Assembly: GCA_965214775.1 (NCBI GenBank) | Contig: OZ243974.1 | Span: 2,432,001-2,496,000, forward strand | Length of the DNA: 64,000 bases | Origin: Nitrosopumilus sp. | Lineage (GTDB): Archaea > Thermoproteota > Nitrososphaeria > Nitrososphaerales > Nitrosopumilaceae | Direction of reading: 5' to 3' | In this document: positions 8,959 to 19,238 of the stretch, piece by piece | Layout of the letters: each line of letters opens with the position of its first letter | Position numbering within the stretch: the stretch's first letter is position 1 | Program-made: the position numbers and the translations under genes | Notes under the pieces: model-generated | What the model was told of the DNA's origin: nothing | Seen by the model: only the letters and a program-made list of their open reading frames with translations | Databases searched by the model: none

Positions 8959-9794
8959 TGCGCCGTCCTCACCATTACCTCCAGGTGTGTTGATTTGATC
9001 TTTCCGATTTCCTTGATTGCGGATTTTGAATATACCGTCAGCCTGATGGGATCCGAGCCGGGCGACAGGTCCAGGACGCTGAGATCCTTTGCAGCAGTTG
9101 CCTCCACTCCCGGCAGGGCCCCGACTGCCCTTGAAATGTTTGCGGCGTCTTTTACTACAAACAGTACGCTCTTTCCCACCTTTTTGCTTCTTCCTCTCAG
9201 TCTGGACTGGCCGGAGCGGGCCTTTCTTGCATAAAGCCTTTTGACGTCCTGGGACAGCTTTAACGAATCCAGTATCCTGAGAATTACATTTGTCCTGGAG
9301 ACTGATTCAATGTCATCAGAAACGACAATCGGAAACGATTCGATTCCCTCCACCCTGTGCCCCCTTGACTTGACTAGCTCCTTTGATGCAGTAGCCGCAA
9401 TTGCCGAGCACAGCGCCAGCTTTTTTTCCTTTTTGTTGAGTTTTTTGTAAATGACTTTTTCTACGATTGGCGGATGTGCCTGCCTTCCGCCCCTGGTGGA
9501 TGCAACTTCGGCACCCTGGCCCTGCCTTCCGCCACCGCCTCCCTGGGCCCTTGCCACGCGGGAGACGCCCCGCCCTGTCGGGGGGTCGTGGGAGTCTGCA
9601 ACAACATCCATTCCCGCCGTCGGATGCCTTCCCTGCCGCTGGAATCTGTGCGAGTTTAGATTGGTGTAAGCTTTGCAGATCAGCTCTTTTCTGTAGGGGG
9701 TTGAAAATACCAGCGGAAGCTCGATCTCTTCTTGCCTTGTTCCGTCCGTGGATGAGACCACCGCTGTTGTTGTCGTTGTTGTCGTTGTTTCCAC
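8955..9794 (-). CDS. rpl4: 50S ribosomal protein L4 (uL4) with N-terminal poly-Thr
   Basis: GRGVSRVAR, RGGRQAHPP, SAIAAT, RGHR motifs. Confidence 0.96.
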   Translation of the reverse strand: METTTTTTTTAVVSSTDGTRQEEIELPLVFSTPYRKELICKAYTNLNSHRFQRQGRHPTAGMDVVADSHDPPTGRGVSRVARAQGGGGGRQGQGAEVASTRGGRQAHPPIVEKVIYKKLNKKEKKLALCSAIAATASKELVKSRGHRVEGIESFPIVVSDDIESVSRTNVILRILDSLKLSQDVKRLYARKARSGQSRLRGRSKKVGKSVLFVVKDAANISRAVGALPGVEATAAKDLSVLDLSPGSDPIRLTVYSKSAIKEIGKIKSTHLEVMVRTAQ

Positions 9795-10789
9795 TATGCG
9801 ACTACCTCCAGGATGTTTGGTTTTACGACTTTGGATGGGGCGTTTCTGATCTGGCTTCTTAGCTTGATCAGCCTTTTATACGTTCCAGGAACCGAGCCTT
9901 TTAAAATTATAAAATCTCCCCTGACAAAGCCAAAGTGCTTGTAGCCGCCCTTTGGATTAATCTCAATCTGCCCGTCCTTGGCGTTTCCCATGACCATAAT
10001 CCGCTTGTCATACTCTGTTCTTTGGTGGAACCCCATCTGTCCTGCTCTGGGAACCGTATACATGACGTATTGCGGCGATATTGGACCAAGCGAGCCGAGT
10101 TCCCTTACGGTCTTTCTTGACTTGTGCTGCTTTTTCTTTGCGCCATACCTCTGGATGACGCCCTGCCATCCCTTTCCCTTTGTAATTGCAGCAACGTCAA
10201 CGCTTGCGCCGGTCTCAAAAGTTTGATCAATCCTGATCTCTTTGCCAAGAAGTTCCTTGACATGGTTGAACTGTCTTACAACGTCGCCGCCGCTTACTGA
10301 TGCCTCAAAGACGTATGGCTTTTTCTGCTCCAGCCCTGCAGCCCTAGGCGAGACTGCAAGAATTGCAAAGATCTCCTTGATTTTTCCAAGTTTTTTCTCT
10401 GCAATGTCCAGTGCCCCTTCGTCGCTTTTCAATGTGATCTCCTTGGCAATGTATCTTGGAATGCCTTCAGAAGCATAAACGTCAAACTCTGCATGCAGAC
10501 CGTCATGATCCTTTGAATACCCCCTGATCCCCAGAACCAGGACAGGCGGAGTGGCCAGAACGGTTCCAAGGCTTACCATCTGTTTTCCCGCATTTGGCGT
10601 CTTGCTTCTGTCATCAATGCTGACAACCTGGACACATCCGGCTTTGAATCCGCAATGGGCCAAAATTTTCGGCTCTTCTGAATCTGATTTTGGCCATGCA
10701 CGGATTCTTGCCTCCATGCTTTTGGCACGCCCTCTAGGCAGGTATGCAAGGCTTCCTCTGCGCGGCTGACTGTGTCTTCTGGCACCCAT
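9794..10789 (-). CDS. rpl3: 50S ribosomal protein L3 (uL3)
   Basis: PRRGSLAYLPR, TKGKGWQG, RAGQMGFHQRTE, KGSVPG motifs. Confidence 0.97.
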   Translation of the reverse strand: MGARRHSQPRRGSLAYLPRGRAKSMEARIRAWPKSDSEEPKILAHCGFKAGCVQVVSIDDRSKTPNAGKQMVSLGTVLATPPVLVLGIRGYSKDHDGLHAEFDVYASEGIPRYIAKEITLKSDEGALDIAEKKLGKIKEIFAILAVSPRAAGLEQKKPYVFEASVSGGDVVRQFNHVKELLGKEIRIDQTFETGASVDVAAITKGKGWQGVIQRYGAKKKQHKSRKTVRELGSLGPISPQYVMYTVPRAGQMGFHQRTEYDKRIMVMGNAKDGQIEINPKGGYKHFGFVRGDFIILKGSVPGTYKRLIKLRSQIRNAPSKVVKPNILEVVA

Positions 10790-10887
10790 TGTTAAGACGC
10801 GTCATCGAAAACCCTCTATTAAACCATGTGTAACTTGGTTAACCTGGAATATTTTTGTGGTTAACTGCCTGCCTGTGTCCGAAATTT

Positions 10888-11007
10888 TTACGGCCAAAAC
10901 AATTTTGATGATGATGCAATGATGTTGTAAATGGTGTACGCCCCGATTGCTATTCCTGCTGCACCCACCCCGATTGCAAGCAACAAGAAATTCTTTCTTT
11001 CTGCCAT
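10888..11007 (-). CDS. Small single-pass membrane protein (39 aa)
   Basis: MAERKNFLLLAIGVGAAGIAIGAYTIYNIIASSSKLFWP; starts 10 nt after the SPOUT gene stop. Confidence 0.5.
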   Translation of the reverse strand: MAERKNFLLLAIGVGAAGIAIGAYTIYNIIASSSKLFWP

Positions 11008-11016
11008 TGTATGTGA

Positions 11017-11832
11017 TCACCGCACTCTCTGGGAGTTTATTACTGCCAGCGTTCCTAAAAGCGCCTCTTCTAGCCGGACAGTCTCTGTTGCCTGATCCGG
11101 AAAAAAATTCAGCGACTTTGCGTTCTGGAGGTTTTTCATCCTTCCTCCGAGTATCTCGTGGACCCCTTTCTCCGGGGAGCCGAACACCAGAAGTGTCTCC
11201 TCCTTGGACTTTACGTACTTTGAGAGCTGTTCTCTTGTGGCAGTCCTTCCCTTTCTGGATGTAATGATGGTGCCTCCCTTCTTCCACTCGTTGATTAATG
11301 AAAACAGGCTTGCCCTCTCCTTTACAGAATATCCCCAGTACTTTGGAATCTCTGACTTGCGGATCTCTTTGAGAGCCAGTCCCGGATGGCCCTCCTTGAA
11401 CTGAACCGTGACTCTTTTGCCCATGGGTGTTTTTCCAAAGAACGGAACCAGCCTGTCTATTCCGACATCTACGAATTTCTTGCCTTTTGCGCCAACTATG
11501 ATCCCCTCTCTGATGTCCCCCCGTTTGATCTTTTCTGGATTTGCAGGCGTTGTATGGCTTGCAATTCTCAATGGCTGCAAAACCCCTGCAAATTTCAAGT
11601 CGTTTATTTTTGGGAACAGCCTTTTCCGCAAAAACTGCGGGGTCTCCAGATACCTTAGAATCGTTACCATCAGATTGCCATCCTGCCTGTTTTGTCCCTC
11701 CTGGTACACGTAGATGGTGTCTACTTTGAAGATTGCACATGCGCGCGCCAGCACCGAGACCTTTCTGGTTTTGTCGATTTTCAGGGACTCGTCTGAGAGT
11801 GCCGACTCTGGGATTGCAACTGAGAGTTTCAA
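11017..11832 (-). CDS. SPOUT-family RNA methyltransferase (COG2106 / C9orf114-like)
   Basis: ARACAIFKVD, YLETPQFLRK, YWGY, VFGSP, NFFPDQATETVRLEEA. Confidence 0.9.
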   Translation of the reverse strand: MKLSVAIPESALSDESLKIDKTRKVSVLARACAIFKVDTIYVYQEGQNRQDGNLMVTILRYLETPQFLRKRLFPKINDLKFAGVLQPLRIASHTTPANPEKIKRGDIREGIIVGAKGKKFVDVGIDRLVPFFGKTPMGKRVTVQFKEGHPGLALKEIRKSEIPKYWGYSVKERASLFSLINEWKKGGTIITSRKGRTATREQLSKYVKSKEETLLVFGSPEKGVHEILGGRMKNLQNAKSLNFFPDQATETVRLEEALLGTLAVINSQRVR

Positions 11833-11867
11833 TGTTGTATGGTATTGCAGGCAGTTAATATCTTTAG

Positions 11868-12605
11868 TCAGTTTTGGCCGTGCGGGTACTTTTCTTTGGC
11901 AGTCTTTGCATAGTTTGCAACCTGCTTGTCTGAGACTATCTCGTAGAGCCCCGTGTCGGTCTTGACCTGGGCCATTCTGATTTGGCTTGAGCTTTCCTTG
12001 TCCTCGCTTGCAAGGTAAATCCCCGCGGCTGCCAGTGCCGCTGCATCATCCAGCGAGAGGTCCTTGCCGTAATTTTTTTCCAAAAAGTCCGTGACCTGAT
12101 CTGAGCGGGAGCCGATTGCAATTGCATCATACGAAATGTAGGTTCCGCTGGGATCAGTCAGGAACAGCTGCGGCCTCTTCTCGACGACCCCTCCCAAAAT
12201 CAGGGCAACCCCGTAGGGCCTAAGACCTGCGTACTGCGTGTACTGCTGGGACTGGTCTGCAAGGTGTTTTGCAATCGTTTCGACTTCGACTGCCTCATCG
12301 TAAATCATTTTGTTGCTTTGTGAGAAAAATCGCGCATTGTCAACCTGGCTTCTGGCATCCGGAATGTATCCGGCAGCCGCAACACCAACATGATCATCAA
12401 TCTGGAAAATCTTTTGGGCCACATCTGAAACCTGCAGTTTTCTGGTCTTTTCTTCTACTGCAATGACGATGCCGTCCTTGCATTTTATTCCTATGGCAAT
12501 GGTTCCTCTTTTTACCGTTTCAATGGCATATTCCACCTGGTAGAGTCTGCCGTCTGGCGAGAAGACCGTAATTGCTCTGTCGTAGCCTTGCTGTGCAGGA
12601 AGCAT
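11868..12605 (-). CDS. psmA: Proteasome alpha subunit
   Basis: GYDRAITVFSPDGRLYQVEYA signature; RPYGVALI, TDPSG. Confidence 0.97.
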   Translation of the reverse strand: MLPAQQGYDRAITVFSPDGRLYQVEYAIETVKRGTIAIGIKCKDGIVIAVEEKTRKLQVSDVAQKIFQIDDHVGVAAAGYIPDARSQVDNARFFSQSNKMIYDEAVEVETIAKHLADQSQQYTQYAGLRPYGVALILGGVVEKRPQLFLTDPSGTYISYDAIAIGSRSDQVTDFLEKNYGKDLSLDDAAALAAAGIYLASEDKESSSQIRMAQVKTDTGLYEIVSDKQVANYAKTAKEKYPHGQN

Positions 12606-12746
12606 TTGATTCAAATGTTTTGGAGTTTAATTTAAAGTCTGCCCATGACCTGCCCGGGTTGGCATTTCTGGGATGGGCCTGAAAAATAGCCGCTTTTTTG
12701 CCGTTTTCCTTGATCCCTTAAGTAATATTTTGACGTAGTCAATGAA

Positions 12747-13139
12747 ATGAATTTTGAAAACCTCCTGACGAGAATCATGAATTCGGACGTAAATATCAGG
12801 CATAGTATCGTTACGGATGCCGACGGAAACATACTTGCAACAAACCACCGCAAAGGCGTGACAAACTATCTGTCGCCAGAGGAGACTGCAGCATCACTGC
12901 AAAGGGCTGCAAGCTCCTGGAAGGGAAGAAAGGCGTTGGGGCCAAAAATCGGAAGCGGGCTGTATGCAGTAGCTGCCTTTGAAAAGATTACCAGGATGAC
13001 ATTTCCTTTGGGAAACGATCATCTGATCTTTGTAAGCATGGGCTCTGATACGGTTCGAATGGACATGCACGAAGGCGGTCAGAAGCAGATCATCGAGCAC
13101 GTGCTAAACATTTTGAGTCGTGATCCCACCAGAGAATGA
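12747..13139 (+). CDS. Thaumarchaeal small protein, roadblock/DUF6659-like
   Basis: IRH..V.D..G.IL...RKG..NYLS.EE pattern recalled for this family. Confidence 0.55.
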   Translation: MNFENLLTRIMNSDVNIRHSIVTDADGNILATNHRKGVTNYLSPEETAASLQRAASSWKGRKALGPKIGSGLYAVAAFEKITRMTFPLGNDHLIFVSMGSDTVRMDMHEGGQKQIIEHVLNILSRDPTRE

Positions 13140-13221
13140 TCTGAACGGTGATTATTCCCGCCCTCTCTTTTGTTTTTCAAATGAAAGCTTAATGTTGAGC
13201 AACAACGTTGTTTTTTCTGGC

Positions 13222-13683
13222 ATGGAGTTTGAGATTGGGTTTTCAGGACATCAAAACATCCGCTCCAACCACAAGAAAACAATCGAGATTACAAGGGCAT
13301 CCCATCTTAGCACTCGTGGTGACTGCATTGTCGGCATTAATGCGACATCCGGCTGCGCTGATTTGCCCCAGGAACTAAAAGAAAAATTAAAGGATCCCGA
13401 CTCAAAAGTCACCTTCTCAATCAGTGTGGGAGGCGAGGAGTTTGCCGTTGTCGGCAGGGGGCATCCTGATTTGATACTGACACACAAAGACGACATTGTA
13501 ATTAGAAAAAGTGATTTTATCTGTCCTAGAACCATGGCAATCAGGTGCGACAAGGCATCTGACTTGGTCCCTAGAGGGATGGTCTCCTTGCTGCAAAACC
13601 CCCTGGCAAAGGGGTTTTTCACCATCAGGATTGAAGAGGACAAAGGAAAAGAGGACAAAAAAGAAGAATTGCAATCATTATAG
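13222..13683 (+). CDS. DUF371 protein
   Basis: GHQNIRSNHKKTIEIT...RGDCIVG, VIRKSDFICPRT motifs. Confidence 0.88.
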   Translation: MEFEIGFSGHQNIRSNHKKTIEITRASHLSTRGDCIVGINATSGCADLPQELKEKLKDPDSKVTFSISVGGEEFAVVGRGHPDLILTHKDDIVIRKSDFICPRTMAIRCDKASDLVPRGMVSLLQNPLAKGFFTIRIEEDKGKEDKKEELQSL

Positions 13684-14189
13684 TACCAGTGGCAATAATG
13701 AGACAATTTTATACTCTGTTTTTTTATGTGCGGTGTGGGAAGAAAGGCCAATTTTTTGATTCTAGTTCCTTTGGCAGCTTTTGCTGCTGCAATCATTGGG
13801 TTTGGAATGTACAACACAATTTGTAAAAACTCCAACATTCCGATAAATTGCTAAAAAAGAGAGATGATACAGCAACGGGCAGAGGCCTTTGAGTCAAAAC
13901 ATGGTCAGATCGCCCGTAAAAGACCTCGATTATTTGTGAGTGTTGCTACAGTCTTCCCAAAAGTGCCCGTCTCACGGCGGTGCAGACGGCGGCATGCAGA
14001 TCTGCAGGCATCCTCATCTGAATTGTTTCTAGTTTGGGATAATTTGATGTGGTACTTCTGGGAAGACTGCTATGGCAGATAATTTTTCCTCCGACACTGT
14101 CTTCAATTGGTTTGATTAAGGTCTTGCAAGTATATGATCATTCTCATTTAAGACGCCAGTAAATATCGGATCCTTGGCTATGTCACTAG

Positions 14190-14342
14190 TCATACATTAG
14201 AACTCACATCATATCTGAGATATATCGCTTTTTCTTTTTCATCAAGTTCTTCTAGGATTTCTTTGAGTTGATCAAAATCGTTTGTTTGTTCAACGCCCTC
14301 AACAATAGTCTGTTTGATAAAGTCCTCCAATGATTGAGACAT
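14190..14342 (-). CDS. Small acidic protein, possible antitoxin upstream of a decayed PIN-toxin gene
   Basis: 50-aa ORF MSQSLEDFIKQTIVEG...; downstream sequence is homologous to 60165-60260. Confidence 0.35.
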   Translation of the reverse strand: MSQSLEDFIKQTIVEGVEQTNDFDQLKEILEELDEKEKAIYLRYDVSSNV

Positions 14343-14789
14343 GTTGGTTTTACGCCAAACTACTAGTTAAATAATTTTAGATATGCCCAGTAGTTGAAAA
14401 TGCATACTCCATATGCTGCCTGTGTGATGATGTCTCCATCCATTCACGGCTCTGCACGCATTGGATTCGGCATGCCAGAACCACGTAAGACAGATGCTCT
14501 GGCAAACAAAAGTACATTTTCAACTACTGATGCTGCATGAATCTCGTGCGTAATCGGTGCAGATCAAGAAAAACCAGGCAGTTTTTACGTCATCTTTGCA
14601 ACAAAGTGAAATGTAAGCGGGATTGCTGCGTTGCCTTGCTGTTTAGACGTCGTGCCTTTTGTCCGGTTTCTGTTTTTACTCAATTTTTTGGCACGTTTCC
14701 TGGCTGATAAAAAACATGCAGTAAAAACAATGCATTGGTAAAATCTAATTTATCATGGCTTTCTTAAACCATGACCTTCTCTTCATTTT

Positions 14790-15131
14790 ATGGCAAACCT
14801 GACCGTTGAACTGCCTGTTTCAAAGAAACCGACTGATGCGGAGCTAAAAAAATTAAAGGACTATTTTAAAGAGATGCCTGTAGGCGAGGTTCTTGCCGGG
14901 CTGAAATTTGCCAAAAATCGATGGTCTGCAAAAGATGCCGGAACGCTAAAGGTCGGAAGAAAAAGCATAATCCAAAAAGAGGTCCATTCTGTAACTGCCG
15001 AGCAGGCCCAATGGAGGCTAAAAAACTGGAAGATGATGATTGCCAACTATCGAAGACGCGGTTACAGCTATCCTACAATTTCTCGAATTAAAAAAATCTT
15101 GGTTCAAAAAAGCAAAAAAAAGTCTAGGTGA
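14790..15131 (+). CDS. Conserved basic hypothetical protein
   Basis: 113-aa Lys/Arg-rich ORF with an AT-rich promoter-like region upstream. Confidence 0.65.
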   Translation: MANLTVELPVSKKPTDAELKKLKDYFKEMPVGEVLAGLKFAKNRWSAKDAGTLKVGRKSIIQKEVHSVTAEQAQWRLKNWKMMIANYRRRGYSYPTISRIKKILVQKSKKKSR

Positions 15132-15480
15132 TCCGAAGATTCCATTTTTTGGACCATCTTCTGATGAGAAATACCGCAATGGCATATGTGATTGCAGTAT
15201 GAACAATGAGGCCATAAATCGTCAGTTCCGGACTGCTTCCCAAGACCGCATAGCCCCAATCAAACCCGGTCTCCTCTGAGAACACTTTTTGGTCATACTC
15301 TGAGGCTTCATCAAACGGGTTGACAGCTGACTGTACGCCTGTTGAGACTGCGTTAAAAACAATGATAATCAAAAGATACCATCGCAGTCTTTTTACTCTG
15401 TATGAAGCTATGATGTCCATTATCGGAATAAAACAAAACACTGTTTGCCATGTCAGGCTGACAGGACCTTTGGCAGGCAT
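15124..15480 (-). CDS. Hypothetical membrane protein
   Basis: About three hydrophobic segments; ends IRRWSKKWN. Confidence 0.6.
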   Translation of the reverse strand: MPAKGPVSLTWQTVFCFIPIMDIIASYRVKRLRWYLLIIIVFNAVSTGVQSAVNPFDEASEYDQKVFSEETGFDWGYAVLGSSPELTIYGLIVHTAITYAIAVFLIRRWSKKWNLRIT

Positions 15481-15805
15481 GAGGATGTTGATTTATGGCT
15501 CTTATTTAGCGTTGTCAAGAGGTAGCGGCCAGGACAAATGCGAATCAAAAGGATCGTCTCTGTCATACTGTTGGATCATATTCAAGGTGCCGTGTTTCTT
15601 GCCATGCTTTGTTCCTGCCAGGTTTTCCAGCACGTTCTGCTTTGGCTGAATGTATGAAAAAAAAATAAAACGGCTGCCATTAAAACCCCTATTCTCTTGT
15701 TTCGGGAACAAGCCGTCTCAAGGCTTTGTCAATGTGCAACGGGCATCAAATGAATTGCTGATCATAAATCATGTGGCGCCAAGAGTCAAAGACACATGCA
15801 AATTA

Positions 15806-16846
15806 TCTATCATACGAAAATTAGTTCCGCCTAAGATCAGGCGTACTTTGAAGGATTATTTTAGGCTGTACCGATCAAAAAACGTGAGGAAAAAATTGGA
15901 GGAAAAGTCGCTCCGGTACATAGAAAAGCAGAGGAAAAAGGGCGTGCCTGCAAAGCAGATAGCCCGGGAGCTGGGCATCAGCGACAGGTATGTCAGGAAG
16001 ATATGGGCCAGATTCCGCAGCTCCGGCACAGTCCTGCCACGGAGCGGGGCAGGAAGGCCCTGCATGGACACGGATCCCGTGGATGTGGAGGCGGTCCTTG
16101 ACGCATATGCGCGGATGCCGTCGGGTGTGGAGAGGCTGGCATTGCGCATGAGGGCCGCAGGCAGGCAGATAAGCTACCATGCAGTATACAGGATCATGAA
16201 GGTCGAGGGAATAACGGACGGCTCGCCTGCCAGACCCAGACAGCTCAAGTGGCTGCGCTATGAGCGCAAGTACTCCAATGCAATGTGGCACGTGGACTGG
16301 CACGAAATGAAGGATTCACGCCTAGAAAAACTCAATCTGGTGGCATATCTTGACGATTCCTCGCGGTGCATAACCGGATTTGGCGTCTTTGAGCGCGCGA
16401 CCTCGGAGAACGCAGTCCTGGTGCTGCGCAAGGCCATCAAAGAGTTCGGGACGCCGGCCCAGGTACTCTCGGACAACGGCAGCTGCTTTACGTCAGCCAG
16501 GCGCGGTACCCCAAGGGGCAGCTGGACGCCCACGCTGTTTGAGAACGAGCTGCTAGAGCACAGCATCGTCCTGCTCAACTCGCGTCCGCATCACCCCCAG
16601 ACCAACGGCAAGTTGGAGAGGTGGTTCAGAACGCTTGAGAAGGAGCTGACGCACTTTGAGAAGGTAGACGAGTTCATCGAGTTCTACAACGAGCACAGGA
16701 CGCACTGGTCGCTTGACATCAAGCGTGCAGAGACTCCCAGAATGGCGTTCCGGAGCCGGGAGGCCACAGAAGCGATCAGGAAAAGCGACCCCAAATGGAT
16801 GGAGAAGGATACTAATGAGGGGCGGAACTAATTTTCATATGAAACA
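15806..16846 (+). mobile_element. IS481-family element, copy 1 (1041 bp)
   Basis: 26-bp TIRs TCTATCATACGAAAATTAGTTCCGCC / TGTTTCATATGAAAATTAGTTCCGCC; 14-bp TSD acacatgcaaatta (15792-15805, 16847-16860). Confidence 0.92.
15884..16831 (+). CDS. IS481-family transposase
   Basis: N-terminal HTH (IARELGIS), WHVD, LSDNG, PQTNGKLER rve/DDE motifs. Confidence 0.92.
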   Translation: MRKKLEEKSLRYIEKQRKKGVPAKQIARELGISDRYVRKIWARFRSSGTVLPRSGAGRPCMDTDPVDVEAVLDAYARMPSGVERLALRMRAAGRQISYHAVYRIMKVEGITDGSPARPRQLKWLRYERKYSNAMWHVDWHEMKDSRLEKLNLVAYLDDSSRCITGFGVFERATSENAVLVLRKAIKEFGTPAQVLSDNGSCFTSARRGTPRGSWTPTLFENELLEHSIVLLNSRPHHPQTNGKLERWFRTLEKELTHFEKVDEFIEFYNEHRTHWSLDIKRAETPRMAFRSREATEAIRKSDPKWMEKDTNEGRN

Positions 16847-16895
16847 ACACATGCAAATTACAAAAGATTTATAGCTTTGAGGATGACTGAAAAAT

Positions 16896-18341
16896 GTGGC
16901 AAAGATCAACGGCTATGTCTTAAATGACATCATCAAGGCAGATGGCAAGGATCTTTCAAAATATGTTGCCCCCGACAGCGTGGCATTGACAGTCACGTCC
17001 CCGCCTTATAGAAACGCAATAAACTATTCTCAGCACGTAAAAAACACGAAAAACAAAAAAAATGTCCGTTTTCGTGGGGATGTGGGCCTGAGCACGTCAG
17101 AATATTTGGATGAGATGGAAAAAATTTTCTCAGAGGTATACAAGGTAACAATTTCCGGGGGGTTTTGCTGTATCATAATTGGAGACGAAGTAGACAACGG
17201 CCGGCTGATCCCGTTGCCAAGCTATCTTATTTCCAGGTTGGTAGGTAAAGGCAGCTCCGGGGAAGGGTGGAGACTGCGGGATGTCATAATTTGGAACAAG
17301 GTTACTGCCGGAAGAAACGGTGCAGGAAACAGGTTTGGCATATTCATTCAGCATCCGTTGCCAGGCTATTATCGGAGCAACATAATGCACGAATACATCA
17401 TAATCTTGGAGAAGGGGCCGCAAAGAAGAGAAATTGACAGATCTAGGACAAAAAGACTTCCGCTAAATCGGGCAATGAAGCGGCAGGTCTCCCTTTCCAT
17501 ATGGGATCTTCCGGCAGATAAAGCCGTACTGGAGGAATCAAAGAAATCAGTCTGGGATATCACGCCTGTTCCGCCAAGAGTGATAGATCATCCCGCCGTA
17601 TTTCCAGAACAGATTCCATGGAGGTTGATCAACCTGTATTCCAGGGAGGGTGATGTGATACTAGACCCGATGAACGGAAGCGGCCAGACTACAAAAGTGG
17701 CTCGCAGTCTGAAGCGAAACTATGTCGGAATTGATAAAAGGCTTTCATATGTGAATCTGGCAAAAAAGCGGCTGGAGGAACCGTTCATGCTGTCTAATTT
17801 CATGACTCCGGTATACCTTCCAATAAGATGGTCTGACAGCGAGGAATCAGGCAAAAAAGAGGACGCGCACTTGGATATCTCTGATGTTCCCAAGGGATTC
17901 GGGCATGTCTTCTCAAAGCAATCATCAAATGAGGTGTTGGGAGTCCCTGGAAACTACCTATACTACAAAGACAAGGAGAACAGTTGGATATGTTATATCA
18001 TGGCAAAAAGCAGCATCCCTACAAGAATCAACATCGGAAGTCTTTCAGATCCTAAATCACCACTGCGCACAGTACTAGATGTGTTGCCCGAACAAGCATT
18101 TCACAAGGCACATCTAAACGAAATTCTGCCTGCCAGATTGGTCAAAAACAGGCAGCCCATCAAGGCCGTAATTGATGTTTTAGAACACGAAGGATTTTTG
18201 AAAAGTACTGGCAGAAAGAAGAGGGGGTCAGGGGAGATGTATGTGGTAGCCGTTCCAAAAAAACAAAACAACAACAGTAGAAGACAAATGGTTTCGGGGG
18301 TAGCTGCATCAAAAAAGAAAAATAAAAAGAAAGACCAGTAG
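16896..18341 (+). CDS. N4/N6 DNA methyltransferase (beta class) with ~190-aa C-terminal extension
   Basis: TSPPY (motif IV) precedes HPAVFP and LDPMNGSGQT (motif I). Confidence 0.9.
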   Translation: MAKINGYVLNDIIKADGKDLSKYVAPDSVALTVTSPPYRNAINYSQHVKNTKNKKNVRFRGDVGLSTSEYLDEMEKIFSEVYKVTISGGFCCIIIGDEVDNGRLIPLPSYLISRLVGKGSSGEGWRLRDVIIWNKVTAGRNGAGNRFGIFIQHPLPGYYRSNIMHEYIIILEKGPQRREIDRSRTKRLPLNRAMKRQVSLSIWDLPADKAVLEESKKSVWDITPVPPRVIDHPAVFPEQIPWRLINLYSREGDVILDPMNGSGQTTKVARSLKRNYVGIDKRLSYVNLAKKRLEEPFMLSNFMTPVYLPIRWSDSEESGKKEDAHLDISDVPKGFGHVFSKQSSNEVLGVPGNYLYYKDKENSWICYIMAKSSIPTRINIGSLSDPKSPLRTVLDVLPEQAFHKAHLNEILPARLVKNRQPIKAVIDVLEHEGFLKSTGRKKRGSGEMYVVAVPKKQNNNSRRQMVSGVAASKKKNKKKDQ

Positions 18342-18638
18342 TTGAAAATGTACCCCGCAAATCCGTCTAGCCGGGATCGTGCAGCCGCCGCCCAACCCCG
18401 ATCCTGTCTGCATCTGGTACACAGAGGCAGCACGAATACAGTACCACAACATACATGAATCAGCTGTGTCATGACGCGGGCCTTTGGATCGGCCGAGTCC
18501 CTCCTGTCAGCCATATGTTGCATACTGCAGACGACACGTAAAACAAAAGCATCCGCATGACAGGATTCCTGCTGACGGTCCGTGGCCTGACGCTCTTGGC
18601 ACAGCGGTACCCCGTCTTGATGCCCCACCTGTTCTGAT

Positions 18639-18798
18639 GTACAACATCTAGTTTGTTGCATAACTTCCTTTTTCATCAAAAAACTCCTGATTTCGATCAC
18701 AAATAGAGTCGAAATCAACCGTGGTTTTTATCTGGATTTATCATTTAGGACGAATTCAAGTAAAAAAATCGAGTTATGCAACAAACTAGATGCTGTAC
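18639..18798. mobile_element. MITE-like element with 27-bp inverted repeats
   Basis: gtacaacatctagtttgttgcataact ... agttatgcaacaaactagatgctgtac (1 mismatch), no ORF. Confidence 0.6.
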
Positions 18799-19238
18799 CT
18801 TTTTTTATGTGTTAACTATGGCAAGACATCTGTAAATGCCGTAGAACTGTTTTTCGCTGAAATTGCTCCTCCGTGTTGCTTACAGTGTTTTTACAGCCAG
18901 CCAATCACAACCCCTTTACTATTTTTTGTTGCGTATAATGACATGGCTCAAAGGTTTTTTGTAACAGGCAGGACTCTGGAAGTTTGGGCATGAATTTTCT
19001 TACTAGCAAATGCCGATCAAAATAGAATTTGTGCATAAAATCACCATCAGAGACGGCTTCCGGAACCCGATCAGTTACTTTCCAAGCCACTCATATATGC
19101 AAGGTATTATGAAAGCAGAACTCTGTCTCCTCCCACTGTGGATTATATGTCTCCTGAATAATTTTTATGTGTTATTATATATACAAAGAGACAAATTTGT
19201 CAAAATCATAAATATGCTGCACACATTACTATTGCTAT

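Noticed and set aside
10802-11740. 312-aa alternative-frame ORF overlapping the SPOUT gene
   Set aside because: No motifs and atypical composition; the 11017-11832 frame carries the family signatures.
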